A stretch of 64,000 nucleotides of DNA, from contig JBDKFG010000001.1 of the NCBI GenBank assembly GCA_039798785.1, positions 1 through 64,000 on the forward strand, in the 5' to 3' direction. Each line of letters begins with the position of its first letter. The first letter of the stretch is position 1. The position numbers and the translations under genes are program-made. The notes under the pieces were generated by a model. It made no database searches and was not told the origin of the DNA. It saw only the letters and a list, made by a program, of their open reading frames with translations. Source of the stretch: Verrucomicrobiota bacterium. Its GTDB lineage: Bacteria; Verrucomicrobiota; Lentisphaeria; Lentisphaerales; Lentisphaeraceae. Positions 19,359-29,603 of the stretch are shown here, one piece after another.

Positions 19359-19723
19359 TTGCCGAGCACGTCCTTGCGGGTGCTTTCGGCGATTGCGGCC
19401 GCTTCGCCGATCAGGGCGGCGGGAACTCCGAGTTCCTTCAAGGTCGAGCCGAGATTCTCGATCACGGCGTCGAAGTGGCTGTCGTTGAGGCCCATCTTGA
19501 CCAGGTGAGCATGGCCAGCACGCATGTCCTTGCCGCTGTAATGGGCGGGACCGCCAAAGGCGAAGGTGAGGAAGGCTTTCTGCTTGGCGATCTGGCGGTC
19601 CATGTCGACCGAGGCGAAGAAATGGGAAATCCGGGCGTCGGTGAGGACTTTCCGATAAAAGAGGTCGACCGCGGCGTTGACCGCGGCTTCGCCGCCAATG
19701 CGTTCGTAGAGGGACTGTGCCAT
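19355..19723 (-). CDS. glbN: Group I truncated hemoglobin
   Basis: SLYERIGGEAAV..AVDLFY, AFGGP..YSGKDMRAGH, HFDAV. Confidence 0.93.
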   Translation of the reverse strand: MAQSLYERIGGEAAVNAAVDLFYRKVLTDARISHFFASVDMDRQIAKQKAFLTFAFGGPAHYSGKDMRAGHAHLVKMGLNDSHFDAVIENLGSTLKELGVPAALIGEAAAIAESTRKDVLGK

Positions 19724-19993
19724 GACGGAGCTCCTGGGTTCGTTGGAGATTGTTGCTTGGGGCGAGCCGGCGGCCCGCCGCCTTGAAGACGATTATAAAC
19801 CGCCTTCGTTCCATAAACAAGAGATTTAATGTTTTATTTTGCATGAAAGTTTTGAGTCCGATCTGGTTCCAGTCTTCCTGGATCACGGCGCTGCGGGTAA
19901 GGATTTTTCGTTCCCGTGCGCGGGATGCTGGCTCTTGCAAGCGGCGTCCCCTCCACTAGTTTCCTCTATTCCAAACCCACACCAGGATTCCCC

Positions 19994-20743
19994 ATGCCCA
20001 GCCTCCTTCTTGCCGACGTTCTCAACAACCCGGAATCGTTGTTTTATTACTTTTTCAAGGCCGACCTGCTCGGCAAGATCATCGTCCTGATGCTGCTGGT
20101 CTGCTCGGTGATGGCCTGGTACGTGATGATCGACAAATGGCTGCAGGTGAGCAAGGCGCTGAAGAGCACCGAGCGGCTTTTGCGCGACATGGATGCGACC
20201 AGTTCGCACCTGGTCTTCACCGGCCGTCTCGCCGAAGATCCCTCGCCGGTTGCCCGGATCCACGAATCCGGCTCCGCCTCGCTCTTGAAGATCCTCGGCA
20301 CCGACGCCAACACTCTGGTGATTCATGCCGACGACCATCTTCTGCCTCGCGCCCTGAGCAGCATCGAGTTCGACGCGGTGCGCAAGGCGGTGGATCACAA
20401 GGTCGACGAGCTCGAATTGGAATACGCCTCGGGCATGCCGATCTTGGCGACCTTGGTCTACGTGTCGCCCTATTTCGGCCTGCTCGGCACGGTTTACGGG
20501 GTGATGCTGGCCTTCGGCGGCATGGCGGTCGGCGGCAGCGCCGACATCTCGCACATGGCTCCCGGCGTCGCCGGCGCCCTGCTCTGCACCACCGCCGGTC
20601 TGCTCGTCGCCATTCCCTCGATCATCGGCCTGAACATGCTCAAATCGAAGTTGAAGCGGGTGCACATGCACATGTACAACTACTCCGACAGCTTCATGTC
20701 CAATCTCTCCCTGCACCGCGTGAGGAAGCAACATGGCGCGTGA
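19994..20743 (+). CDS. MotA/TolQ/ExbB proton channel protein
   Basis: SPYFGLLGTVYGVMLAF, APGVAGALLCTTAGLLVAIPS. Confidence 0.92.
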   Translation: MPSLLLADVLNNPESLFYYFFKADLLGKIIVLMLLVCSVMAWYVMIDKWLQVSKALKSTERLLRDMDATSSHLVFTGRLAEDPSPVARIHESGSASLLKILGTDANTLVIHADDHLLPRALSSIEFDAVRKAVDHKVDELELEYASGMPILATLVYVSPYFGLLGTVYGVMLAFGGMAVGGSADISHMAPGVAGALLCTTAGLLVAIPSIIGLNMLKSKLKRVHMHMYNYSDSFMSNLSLHRVRKQHGA

Positions 20744-21152
20744 CCGGCGGCGGCAGAAGCTCGACGAGGACAGCTTCGACCGCATCGACGTCGTCCCTCT
20801 CCTCGACCTTGCCTTCAACCTCCTGATCGTCTTCATGATCTGCATGCCCGCCCTGGAAGGACGGTTGAAGCTGCCGACCGTTGGCGACAGCCCGCCGACG
20901 GTCAAGCCCACCGAGATCATCATCGGCTACAATCGCGATGGCCAGATCACCATGGACCGTGTCGATTACACCGAGGAAGGTCTGGTCGAGAAGCTGCGCG
21001 AGCTCGGCGACCAGCCCAACACCGTCTTCGTCCTCAAGGGCGACGAGAGCCGCAGCTACGGCGAAGTGATGCATGTCCTCGGCCTGATCAAAGGGGCCGG
21101 CATCAAGAAGGTCACCCTGGCCAACAAGGTGAAGAAGAATCCGGCGCCGTGA
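20733..21152 (+). CDS. ExbD/TolR family protein
   Basis: IDVVPLLDLAFNLLIVFMI, LKGD...YGEVMHVL. Confidence 0.92.
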   Translation: MARDRRRQKLDEDSFDRIDVVPLLDLAFNLLIVFMICMPALEGRLKLPTVGDSPPTVKPTEIIIGYNRDGQITMDRVDYTEEGLVEKLRELGDQPNTVFVLKGDESRSYGEVMHVLGLIKGAGIKKVTLANKVKKNPAP

Positions 21153-21231
21153 TTTTTCGCCGCCTAGCCGCTAAGAAGTCGCCGTGCCGGGCATCCCAGT
21201 GCCACGACGAAGCAATCAGGATCCCTTCAAG

Positions 21232-22179
21232 ATGAGTCAGAAACGAAAGGCCAACCCCGCCCTCATGGGGTTCACCATCGGCATGCATGTCGCCTTGCTG
21301 CTGCTGATTTTCCTGCTCCCTTGGCTGCTGCAGCCGGACAACCAGGCATCCGGCGCCTCCGGCGGTGAAGAAGGCGTCGAAATCAATCTCGCCGAGGTCA
21401 AGGAAGTCGCTCCTGAGCCCGACCCGGTTCCGCCGGAACCCGAACCCGAACCCACTCCGCCTCCACCCCCGCCCGAGCCGGAGCCGATGCCGGAGCCGGA
21501 AACCAAGGAAGAGCCCGAGGAGAAGCTGACCGAAGAGGCCGAACAGGCCGATCTTCTGCGCAAGAAAGAGGAAGAGGAGAAGAAGAAGAAAGAGGAATCC
21601 GCCAGGAAGAAGGAAAAGGAGCGCGAGCGGCTCAAGGCGGACAAGAAGCGCAAGGAGCAGGAAGAAATCAAGAAGAAGCAGCAGGAAGAGACCAAGAAGA
21701 AGCAGCAGGAAGAAGCGAAAAAGAAGCAGGAACAGCTCGAAAAGGCGAAGAAGGAAGCCGCCAAGAAAAAGGAGGCGGAAGCCCAGGCGGCAAAAGAGGC
21801 TCGCGACAAAAAACTCAAGGCATTAGGAGGCGGCATGGGGCCTGGCAAGGGCCATGCCGACAACGGCAAGCCCGGTTTCGGCGACGGCAATGCCAAGTCC
21901 AACTACGACGGCGATCTGGCCGGTATCCTGTCGCAACTCTGGGAGCGCCAGGACGTCTCCAGCATCGAGGCCAAGGCAGGCGCCAAGGTCCACGTCCTCT
22001 TCAGGATCAATCGCGACGGCAGCCTCCTGGTGAAGACCATCACGGCCAGCGAGGATCCGGCGATGAAGGCTGCGGTGGAGAATCTCCTGCGCCAATTCAA
22101 CAAGGCGCCCCCCCTGCCCGCCACATTCCTCGGAGGCACTTACACCTTCGAAACCTATTTCAGCAAGACGGATGAATAG
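21232..22179 (+). CDS. TolA/TonB-like energy transducer
   Basis: N-terminal TM with His, Pro/Glu-rich then Lys/Glu-rich linker, C-terminal FRINRDGS...PPLP. Alternative GTG start at 21184. Confidence 0.85.
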   Translation: MSQKRKANPALMGFTIGMHVALLLLIFLLPWLLQPDNQASGASGGEEGVEINLAEVKEVAPEPDPVPPEPEPEPTPPPPPPEPEPMPEPETKEEPEEKLTEEAEQADLLRKKEEEEKKKKEESARKKEKERERLKADKKRKEQEEIKKKQQEETKKKQQEEAKKKQEQLEKAKKEAAKKKEAEAQAAKEARDKKLKALGGGMGPGKGHADNGKPGFGDGNAKSNYDGDLAGILSQLWERQDVSSIEAKAGAKVHVLFRINRDGSLLVKTITASEDPAMKAAVENLLRQFNKAPPLPATFLGGTYTFETYFSKTDE

Positions 22180-22268
22180 CGCGAAAAAAATCCGGGCATC
22201 CATTGACAGCCCGTGTTTTGCAAGCATTTTGTGCGGCCCGAATCTCCAACATCGAAAGGACTCCTCCC

Positions 22269-22478
22269 ATGATCGTCGTCAACGGCCACAAGAACAAGAA
22301 CACTTCGCGTCCCCGTAAGACCGGCGCCGCCAAGCGTCAGCGCACCCTCATCCAGCAGAAGCGCCTCGCCGCCCTCGGCGTCTGCACCAAGAAGATCTCG
22401 CAGATGACCCCCGCCGACATGCGCAAGCTCCTCAAGCACCCTTGCAAGACCCAGGCTGCCTGCGCCGCCGCGAAATAA
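22269..22478 (+). CDS. Small basic protein (69 aa) of unknown function
   Basis: Strong codon bias, RBS AAGGA, TTGACA at 22203, own terminator downstream. Confidence 0.75.
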   Translation: MIVVNGHKNKNTSRPRKTGAAKRQRTLIQQKRLAALGVCTKKISQMTPADMRKLLKHPCKTQAACAAAK

Positions 22479-22501
22479 GCTGCCCAGCTTTTTCATTCAA
22501 G

Positions 22502-22526
22502 AAGCCCGGATTTCTCCGGGCTTTTT
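22502..22526 (+). terminator. Intrinsic terminator
   Basis: AAGCCCGGA-TTTC-TCCGGGCTT ending in a T-run. Confidence 0.8.
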
Positions 22527-23149
22527 GCGTTGCGGCATGCATGACTTCGTTTGAGCTTGCGAGTTGCCGCTTCCCACCAAGCGGCGCTATCGAAGACAAT
22601 CGTTGTGGCCTTCGCTCCTGCTGCCCGGCAGAAGGCCACAATAGCCGCAATGAGCACAAAAGCAGAAAGGTGGCGGGCACTCACTCTGCAGTCACTCTTT
22701 CTGAGTTCTAAGCTAAGGATGGGCAGTTTTTAGCTCGTGGTTGAGCCGCATCGGCGCCACCCCGGGTCAGCAGCCTGTCGAACCTGGATTCCGAAGTGAA
22801 GCGTGCGCTCAGCTTCTGAATCCAAGATTCAAGATCCAAGATTCAAAATTCCAGATAACGACAACAAAATCAAAGATTAAAGAATCCGCGGGGAAATCGA
22901 CCGTCAACGTCGGAATCCTAGTTGAATCTCGACCATGAAGGGGGCGAGGAGGTCCGAGGGGGCACCCAGGAGATTCATTCGTTTCCGCGTTTTCAGCTCC
23001 CCCCTTGGTCGGTTTTCATGACTAGTTCTTACTTGCCCATGGTGTCGCCCATGGGGTGAAATCACCGACCCGCTTCGAGGGCGAACAAGCAAGGGCAAGG
23101 GCCGAGCCACAAAACTCCCGGCTGAGCCCATCAAAATCGATCTCTTCCT

Positions 23150-25641
23150 TCAGGGCTTGGCCAGGCGGAGGATGGTCTCTGTGATGGCGCGGCGATCGGC
23201 CTCGGGGAGATGGCCGAAGGGCGGCATGGGGGAGTGGGCGCCCCATTTGCCGGAGGATCCGGCGCTGAGGCCCTGGAAGATCCGTTCGGCGCCTTGCGGA
23301 TCCTGGGCGTAGCGGGCGGCGATGTCCTTGAAGCTGGGGCCGACGTTGGCGGCGGCGGTGGAATGGCAGGCGACGCAGGCGTTGGCGGCGATGAGCTGGG
23401 TGCCGCGCAGCTTGCTGTCGAGTCCGGCCAGACGGGTGTCGACGGCGAGGGGCTCGGCCTTGGCTGTTTCGCGGTGGTCCCAGCCGCCCCAGGCGACGTG
23501 GATGAGGCGGCCGTCCTTGTTGCCGGTCCATTGCGAGCCGTAGTCGAGGACGTAGAGCGAGCCGTCGGCGGCCTGGATCATGTGCGCGGGGTGCTTGAGC
23601 TTGAGGCCGGGGAGGAAGTCCTGGATGGAGTCCACCTTGTTCTTGGCGGTGAGCTTGACCAGCTTGAGGGTGGGGCGCATCCAGTCGTGGGCGATGATGA
23701 CGCGGTGGAACCAGGCGGGGAAGGAGGCGGAGCGGCCCTCCTGGTTGTAGATCACCGAGACGTCGGCGTTGCGGCCGCCCTTGCCCATTTCCGGAAACTC
23801 CTCGCTGAGGGCGTAGGGGTACCAGACGAGCGGGCGCTGGACTGGAGGCAGCTCGGCGAGGCCGGTGTTGTTGGGCGAGTCGTTGACGATGCCCTTTTCG
23901 AAGGATTCGCCGGACTTGCCGGTGGCGAAGTCGTAGTCGCGGTAGAAGCCGTCGCCGCGGAAGTAGGGCCAGCCGTAGAAGCCGGCCGTTTCGGCGTAGC
24001 CGATCAGATCGTAGCCGCGGGTGCCGCGATTGGGGTCGTTGGCATTGGCATCGGGGCCGACGTCGCCCCAGCAGACGGCGCCGTTGGCGGAATCCACGGC
24101 GAAGCGCCAGGGGTTGCGGACCCCCTTGACGAAGATCTCGGGGCGGGTCTTGGCGGTGCCGGGCGGGTAGAGGTTGCCTTCGGGGATGGAGTAGGCGGAG
24201 CCATCGGCATTGAGCTGGAGACGCAGGATCGAGCCGCGCAGGTCGTTGGAGTTGGCGGAGCTGCGCTGGGCGTCGAAGGGATGGCGTCCGGGGCGTTCGT
24301 CGCTGGGGCTGAAGCCGTTCGACTCGAAGGGGCAGGTGGTGTCGCCGGTGGAGAGGTGGAGGAGGCGTCCGGCGCCGAAGGCGAGGCCGCCGCCGACGTG
24401 GCAGGTGCGCTTGCCGCGGTCGTCGGGCACTTCGAGCAGGGTCACCTCGTCGCTCAGGCCGGCGGGGCCGAGCTTGAAGCGGGAGAGGCGGATGAAGGGC
24501 TTGTCCTTGAGCGAGTAGTAGATGTACAGGCATTGATTGCGGGTGAAATCGGGATCGACGGCGAGGCCGAGGCCGCCGCCTTCGTACCAGTCGCCGCCGG
24601 GGGCCTTGTCGGCCACGGCGTGGACCGGCATCTGGGTGACGAGGCTAAGTCCATGCGCGGGCGAGAATTTCTTGAGGGCGCCCTTGCGTTCGAGGATGAG
24701 GATCTCGCCGGAGGGGAGCTCGGCGATCTGCATCGGGTCTTCGAGCTTGTCGGCGAGGGTCTTGACGGCGAAGTGCTCGTCGGCGGGGCGGGCGAGCTGA
24801 TCCTTGAGGACGACTTTGTCCTGGTCGAGACGTCCGGTCCATTTGAGTCCTTCGAGGACGTGGCGGAGGAAGAGCGGTTCGGCGTAGGACTGCTTGGTGT
24901 GGCCGAGGGCGGTGTACCAGGCGCGTCCGCCGTCGAATTCATGGCACCAGGCGACCGGATGGTCCTTGCCCATCTTGCCGTTCTTGTAGCTCGTCTCGTC
25001 GAGGTTGAGGAGCTTGGTGGTCTCGGGGTTGAGTCGCTTGAAGTTGTACCATACCATTCGTCGAAGCGTTCCCAGCGATCGGGCAGGAAGGAGGTGGAAG
25101 GGTGGGTCTTGCCGCATTCGCACTTGTCGATGGCGGCGTTCTGCTGGGCGGGGTGGGAGGCGAACTGGCCGCCGACGAGGCGGGTGTACCAGGGCCAGTC
25201 GTATTCGGTGTCGGTTGCGGCGTGAATGCCGGCGTAGCCGCCGCCGGACTGGATGTAGGCCTCGAAGGCCTTCTCCTGTTCGCGGTTGAGAACATCCATG
25301 GTGGTGGAGAGGAAGACGACGCAGCGGAAGCGCTTGAGCTTGGCGCTGGTGAAAGCGGCGGAGTCCTCGGTGGCTTCCACCGCGAAGCCGTTCTCGGCGC
25401 CGAGCTTTTTCAGTGCGGCGATGCCGTCGGGGATCGAGTCGTGGCGGAAGCCGGCGGTCTTGGAGAAGACCAGGATCGCCTTGGGCGCTTCGATGCCCGG
25501 CAGCTTCGCTGTGGCGGCGGAGAAGGCGGCGCGGGTGTCGGGAGCCGCGGTCCTGGAGTTGTGGAAGACGCTGCAGGCGGCGAGGGCGAGGAGGGCGCCG
25601 GTGGCGCTCAGACCGAGAGCGAGGAAGGGACGCTTGGGCAT
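23150..25641 (-). pseudogene. ThuA-domain / glucose-sorbosone dehydrogenase-like / cytochrome c lipoprotein, frameshifted at about 25050
   Basis: Lipobox LAAC and ThuA motifs (LVFSKTAGFRHDSI, GIHAATDTEYDWPWY) in one frame; WYNF...GRAWYTALGH, GVRNPWR and CVACH in another; joined by a 5-bp tandem duplication. Confidence 0.85.
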
Positions 25642-25681
25642 GGAGAGTCTCCTGGTTTCTTGGCGGGAAGGCGTGGGCGGA

Positions 25682-27196
25682 TCAGTGCTGGATCTGCTCG
25701 GCTTTGTAGCCACCGTTGCGGCGGTCGAGGAACCAGATGGTGCCGAAGATCAGCACCAGCAGGCCGGCGAAGGGCGCGAGCAGCCGGAAGCTCATCAGGC
25801 CGCCCTTGTTGTCGGCGGGGTTGAGCACGGCCTTGAGCTGGGCCGTGAGCTTGTCCGCAGCGATGCCGTTTTCCTTGACCTTGGCGGTTTTCTCTCCGGG
25901 AGGCGCATTCTTGATCAGCCCCTGCATGGCGGCGGCGGTCTTCAGTTCGGGAAGCTCGGCTTCCTTGAGCACGGACTCGGCGTCGCTGGCGGCTTGCAGG
26001 ATCTCTTTCTTGAAGACCTCGTTCTGGCCTTCCGCGAGTTTCGGCCAGGCGGCGGCGGCGGCGGCGATGGCTTCGCGGGCGGCCTTTTTGTCGAGGTTCT
26101 CGTGCAGGTAGTGGTCGGCCTGCTTGCCCATCACCGGGATGACGTGCGAGACGGCGAGCATGCCGATGCCGCCCATCAGGGCGAGGCCGAGGGCGCCGGA
26201 GCGGGGCAGGCGTTCGGCGGTGAAGCCGATCATGGTGGGCCAGAAGAAGGCGACTCCGACGGCGAAGAGGGTGGCGGCGCCGAAGGCCATGGTGTTCGAG
26301 CTGGCGTAGCTGAAGAGGTAGAGACCGAGGCCGCCAAGGATGGCTCCGGCGATGATGACGCCGGTGGGGGCGAGCTTGTGAATCAGGCCGCCGGCGAAGA
26401 AGCGCAGCAGGGCCATGATGCCGGAGATGTAGGCGAGAACCAGCAGGCCGTCGATGCCGCCGGAGGCGAGCACCGCGGACATCCAGCGATTGGGGCCGAG
26501 TTCCAGCGTCGCGGTGATGCACATGCAGAGGGCGAGGATCCAGAAGAGCGGACGGCTGAAGGCGCCGGCGAGCATCTGCCCGAAGCTGAGACCCGCTTCG
26601 ACGCGCTCGGTCTTGGGGAAGTCGCGTCCGGTGAAGAGAAGGCTGTAGGCGATGGTGGGTGCGATAATCAAGCAAAGCATCAGCTGCCAGTGCTGGAAGG
26701 CGGGGTTCGTCCCGAGATCGATCCTGCCGATCAAGGTGCAGAGCACGGCGCCGATGACGATGCCGCCGGGGAACCAGACGTGGAAGCGGTTCAGCCAGGT
26801 CGTTTTGTCATCGCGGTAGAGCGTCGCCACGAGGGGGTTGCAGACCGCCTCCACCGTGCCGTTGCCAAGGGAGAGGATGAGGGCGCCTGCGTAGAGCCCG
26901 GTATAGCCTTTGGCGGTGATCATGGTGATGACGCCGCCGATGTGGCAGAGGGCGGCGAAACGCATCAGGCGCGACATGCCCAAGAGGTCGACCAGCGGTC
27001 CGAGGGCGAAGATGGCGAGGGTGAAGCCGAGAATGCCGATGCCTGAAATGGCGCCGACCTGGGCGTTGCTGAGGATGAACTGCGATTTCAAGGGAGCCAT
27101 GATGCCTCCCATCACGGCGAAGCCGACCGAGGTCGAAACGAGGGACAGGCAGCTGGCTAAAAACAGCTTGCTGCGGTTGGAATCGGTTTGAGTCAT
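25682..27196 (-). CDS. MFS sugar transporter
   Basis: Many TM segments; GNGTVEAVCNPLVATLY, FHVWFPGGIVIG, FFWPTMIG. Confidence 0.9.
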   Translation of the reverse strand: MTQTDSNRSKLFLASCLSLVSTSVGFAVMGGIMAPLKSQFILSNAQVGAISGIGILGFTLAIFALGPLVDLLGMSRLMRFAALCHIGGVITMITAKGYTGLYAGALILSLGNGTVEAVCNPLVATLYRDDKTTWLNRFHVWFPGGIVIGAVLCTLIGRIDLGTNPAFQHWQLMLCLIIAPTIAYSLLFTGRDFPKTERVEAGLSFGQMLAGAFSRPLFWILALCMCITATLELGPNRWMSAVLASGGIDGLLVLAYISGIMALLRFFAGGLIHKLAPTGVIIAGAILGGLGLYLFSYASSNTMAFGAATLFAVGVAFFWPTMIGFTAERLPRSGALGLALMGGIGMLAVSHVIPVMGKQADHYLHENLDKKAAREAIAAAAAAWPKLAEGQNEVFKKEILQAASDAESVLKEAELPELKTAAAMQGLIKNAPPGEKTAKVKENGIAADKLTAQLKAVLNPADNKGGLMSFRLLAPFAGLLVLIFGTIWFLDRRNGGYKAEQIQH

Positions 27197-27232
27197 GCAA
27201 TCATCCTCAGGTAACACGTTGCTTTTGGGTTG

Positions 27233-27260
27233 AAAAAAACCAGGGCGAACCTCGCCCTGG
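27233..27260 (-). terminator. Intrinsic terminator downstream of xylA
   Basis: CCAGGGCGA/TCGCCCTGG stem followed by T7 on the minus strand. Confidence 0.75.
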
Positions 27261-27269
27261 CGTTGTAGA

Positions 27270-28574
27270 TCAGATGTAGTCGTTGATGTAGTTTTCGATG
27301 AGCTCCTGCTTGCCGGAGATCTGCTTGGGTTCGCCGTTCTTGGCGGCGAGGTCGCGGAGGTCTTCGAGGCTGAGCTTGCCTTGCTCGAACTTCTTGCCGT
27401 CGCCCTTGTCGTAGGAGGCGTAGCGCTCCTTGAGCTGCTGCTGCAGGGGCGACTCGGTGAGGATGCGGTGCGCCGCCTTGAGGCCGCGGGCGAAGGCGTC
27501 CATGCCGCCGATGTGGGCGAGGAAGATGTCTTCCAGATCGGTCGAGTTGCGGCGCACCTTGGCGTCGAAGTTGAGGCCGCCGGAGCCGAGGCCGCCGGCG
27601 CGGAGGACGACGAGCATCGCTTCGGTGGTGTCGTAGAGGTTGGTGGGGAACTGGTCGGTGTCCCAGCCGTTCTGGGCGTCGCCGCGGTTGGCGTCGATCG
27701 AGCCGAGCCTGCCGGCGTCGGCGGCGACCTGCAGGTCGTGGGCGAAGGTGTGGCCGGCGAGGGTGGCGTGGTTGGCCTCGATGTTGAGCTTGACGAAGTC
27801 GATGTCGTGCTGCTTGAGGAAGCCGAGGACGGTAGCGGAGTCGAAGTCGTACTGGTGCTTGGTGGGCTCCATCGGCTTGGGCTCGATGAGGAACTGGCCC
27901 TTGAAGCCGATCTTGTCGGCGTGGGCGCGGGCGAGCTTGAGGAACTGGGCGAAGTGGGCCTGTTCGCGCTTCATGTCGGTGTTGAAGAGGAAGTCGTAGC
28001 CTTCGCGGCCGCCCCAGAAGACGTAGTTCTCGCCGCCGAGGAACTTGGTGACGTCGAGGGCGGTCTTGACCTGGGCCGCGGCGTGGCAGAGGACGGCGAA
28101 GTCGGGGTTGGTGGCGGCGCCGTTCATGTAGCGGGGGTTGGAGAAGAGGTTGGCGGTGCCCCAGAGGAGCTTGAGGCCGGTCTGCTTCTGCAGCTTCTTG
28201 CCGCGTTCGGCCATCTTCCAGAGGATGTCTTCGGATTCCTGGACGCTGGAGCCCTCGGGAGCGAGGTCGCGGTCGTGGAAGCAGTAGTAGGGGACGGTGA
28301 GCTTCGTGCAGAGTTCGAAGAGGGCGTCCTGCTTCTTCTCGGCGATCTCGATGGCGGTCTTGCCCTGGTGCCAGGCGTATTTGCGGGTGCCTGGGCCGAA
28401 GGGGTCGGCGCCGGTGCCACAGAAGGTGTGCCAGTGGCAGACGGCGAAGCGGAGGTGGTCCTTCATGGTCTTTCCGGCGATCTTCTCGTCGGCCTTGTAG
28501 TGCTTGAAGGCGAGGGGGTTCTTGGATTTAGGGCCCTCGTACTGGATCGTCTCGATGCCTTTGAAGAATTCCAT
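27270..28574 (-). CDS. xylA: Xylose isomerase (class II)
   Basis: [51 protein letters not shown]. Confidence 0.98.
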   Translation of the reverse strand: MEFFKGIETIQYEGPKSKNPLAFKHYKADEKIAGKTMKDHLRFAVCHWHTFCGTGADPFGPGTRKYAWHQGKTAIEIAEKKQDALFELCTKLTVPYYCFHDRDLAPEGSSVQESEDILWKMAERGKKLQKQTGLKLLWGTANLFSNPRYMNGAATNPDFAVLCHAAAQVKTALDVTKFLGGENYVFWGGREGYDFLFNTDMKREQAHFAQFLKLARAHADKIGFKGQFLIEPKPMEPTKHQYDFDSATVLGFLKQHDIDFVKLNIEANHATLAGHTFAHDLQVAADAGRLGSIDANRGDAQNGWDTDQFPTNLYDTTEAMLVVLRAGGLGSGGLNFDAKVRRNSTDLEDIFLAHIGGMDAFARGLKAAHRILTESPLQQQLKERYASYDKGDGKKFEQGKLSLEDLRDLAAKNGEPKQISGKQELIENYINDYI

Positions 28575-28699
28575 TTGATTCTCTCCTGGGTTTGCTGTTG
28601 CTTTGTCTGAATGGAACTAAACTTCAGTGTGGAGCTGCTTTTGACAACGATCTAAAAAAGGCAATAACTTATCCATATGAAACATCAGGGGTGACCTCT

Positions 28700-29530
28700 A
28701 TGTCCGATCGCCTGTTCAATCTTTCTCATGTCAATCACGCCCGCTGCGGTGATTCGACGGTCATCGGCGAGGCTCGTTATGCTCCCGGCGGAGTTTGCGG
28801 TCCTCGCATCCAGCGCGACTGGCAGCTGGTGGTGATGGTCTCCGGCAGCGCCAAGGCCCAGATCGAGGGCGCCTGGCACAGCTTCGGCAGCGGCCAGGTC
28901 TGCCTGATGCGCCCCGGGCAGCGCGAAGCCGTGCACTACACTCCCGACAAAACCACTCATCACACCTGGTGCGCCGTTGCCCCCGGAGGCGTCGTGTCGC
29001 CCCTGGAGGATCAGCTCATCTCCGCGCCTCGCATCGCCACCGCATCACCCGCCTTCGAGCTATTGATGAAGGCCGGCTTCAGCTCGCACAGCTATCCCGA
29101 CGCAGCCGACCGCGCTTTCCTTGATCAGCTCGGCTTGGCCTTGCTGCTGGAGTTCCTGCGCATGGGCCGTGGGCCCGCGCCCGAACGCGAGTTGTCGGTC
29201 ACAGAGCGGGCCCTGGCGGCGATGGAGAAGCATCTTGAGGAGTCCGACTGCCTGGCACGGGCCGCTGCGGCCGCGGGGGTGACGGTGCAGCATCTCAGCC
29301 GCTGTTTCCGGCGCGATCTGCAGCAGACTCCGGCCCGTCATCTCTGGCAGTTGCGGGTCGAGCGGGCCACCGGTTTTCTGCTGCATTCCGGAATGACGCT
29401 CGCTGAGATCTCCGCCCGCACCGGCTTCCGCACGCCGCAGCATTTCTCCCGCCTCTTCCTCGCCCATCACGGCGTCTCCCCCAGCGCCTTCCGCCGTCAG
29501 GCCTGGCTGGGTCAGGGGAAGGCGGATTGA
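28700..29530 (+). CDS. AraC family transcriptional regulator, divergent from xylA
   Basis: Cupin-like N-terminus; C-terminal LAEISARTGFRTPQHFSRLF...GVSPSAFR. Confidence 0.92.
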   Translation: MSDRLFNLSHVNHARCGDSTVIGEARYAPGGVCGPRIQRDWQLVVMVSGSAKAQIEGAWHSFGSGQVCLMRPGQREAVHYTPDKTTHHTWCAVAPGGVVSPLEDQLISAPRIATASPAFELLMKAGFSSHSYPDAADRAFLDQLGLALLLEFLRMGRGPAPERELSVTERALAAMEKHLEESDCLARAAAAAGVTVQHLSRCFRRDLQQTPARHLWQLRVERATGFLLHSGMTLAEISARTGFRTPQHFSRLFLAHHGVSPSAFRRQAWLGQGKAD

Positions 29531-29565
29531 AGCGGACGGCATCGCCCCAGGCGATGCCGTCCGCT
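29531..29565. terminator. Perfect 16-bp hairpin between convergent genes
   Basis: AGCGGACGGCATCGCC-CCA-GGCGATGCCGTCCGCT; no long U tract. Confidence 0.55.
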
Positions 29566-29603
29566 GAATCCTCTCGGGGCTTCGCCCGAGAATCTTGACC
29601 GAT

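Noticed and set aside
19815..19850. NsrR/Rrf2 operator upstream of glbN
   Set aside because: AT-rich with ATG...CAT symmetry, but the spacing and match to the NsrR consensus are too poor to call.
19359..19940. N-terminal extension of the reductase ORF (18408-19940)
   Set aside because: It overlaps glbN in another frame; the ferredoxin domain begins at the GTG at 19358.
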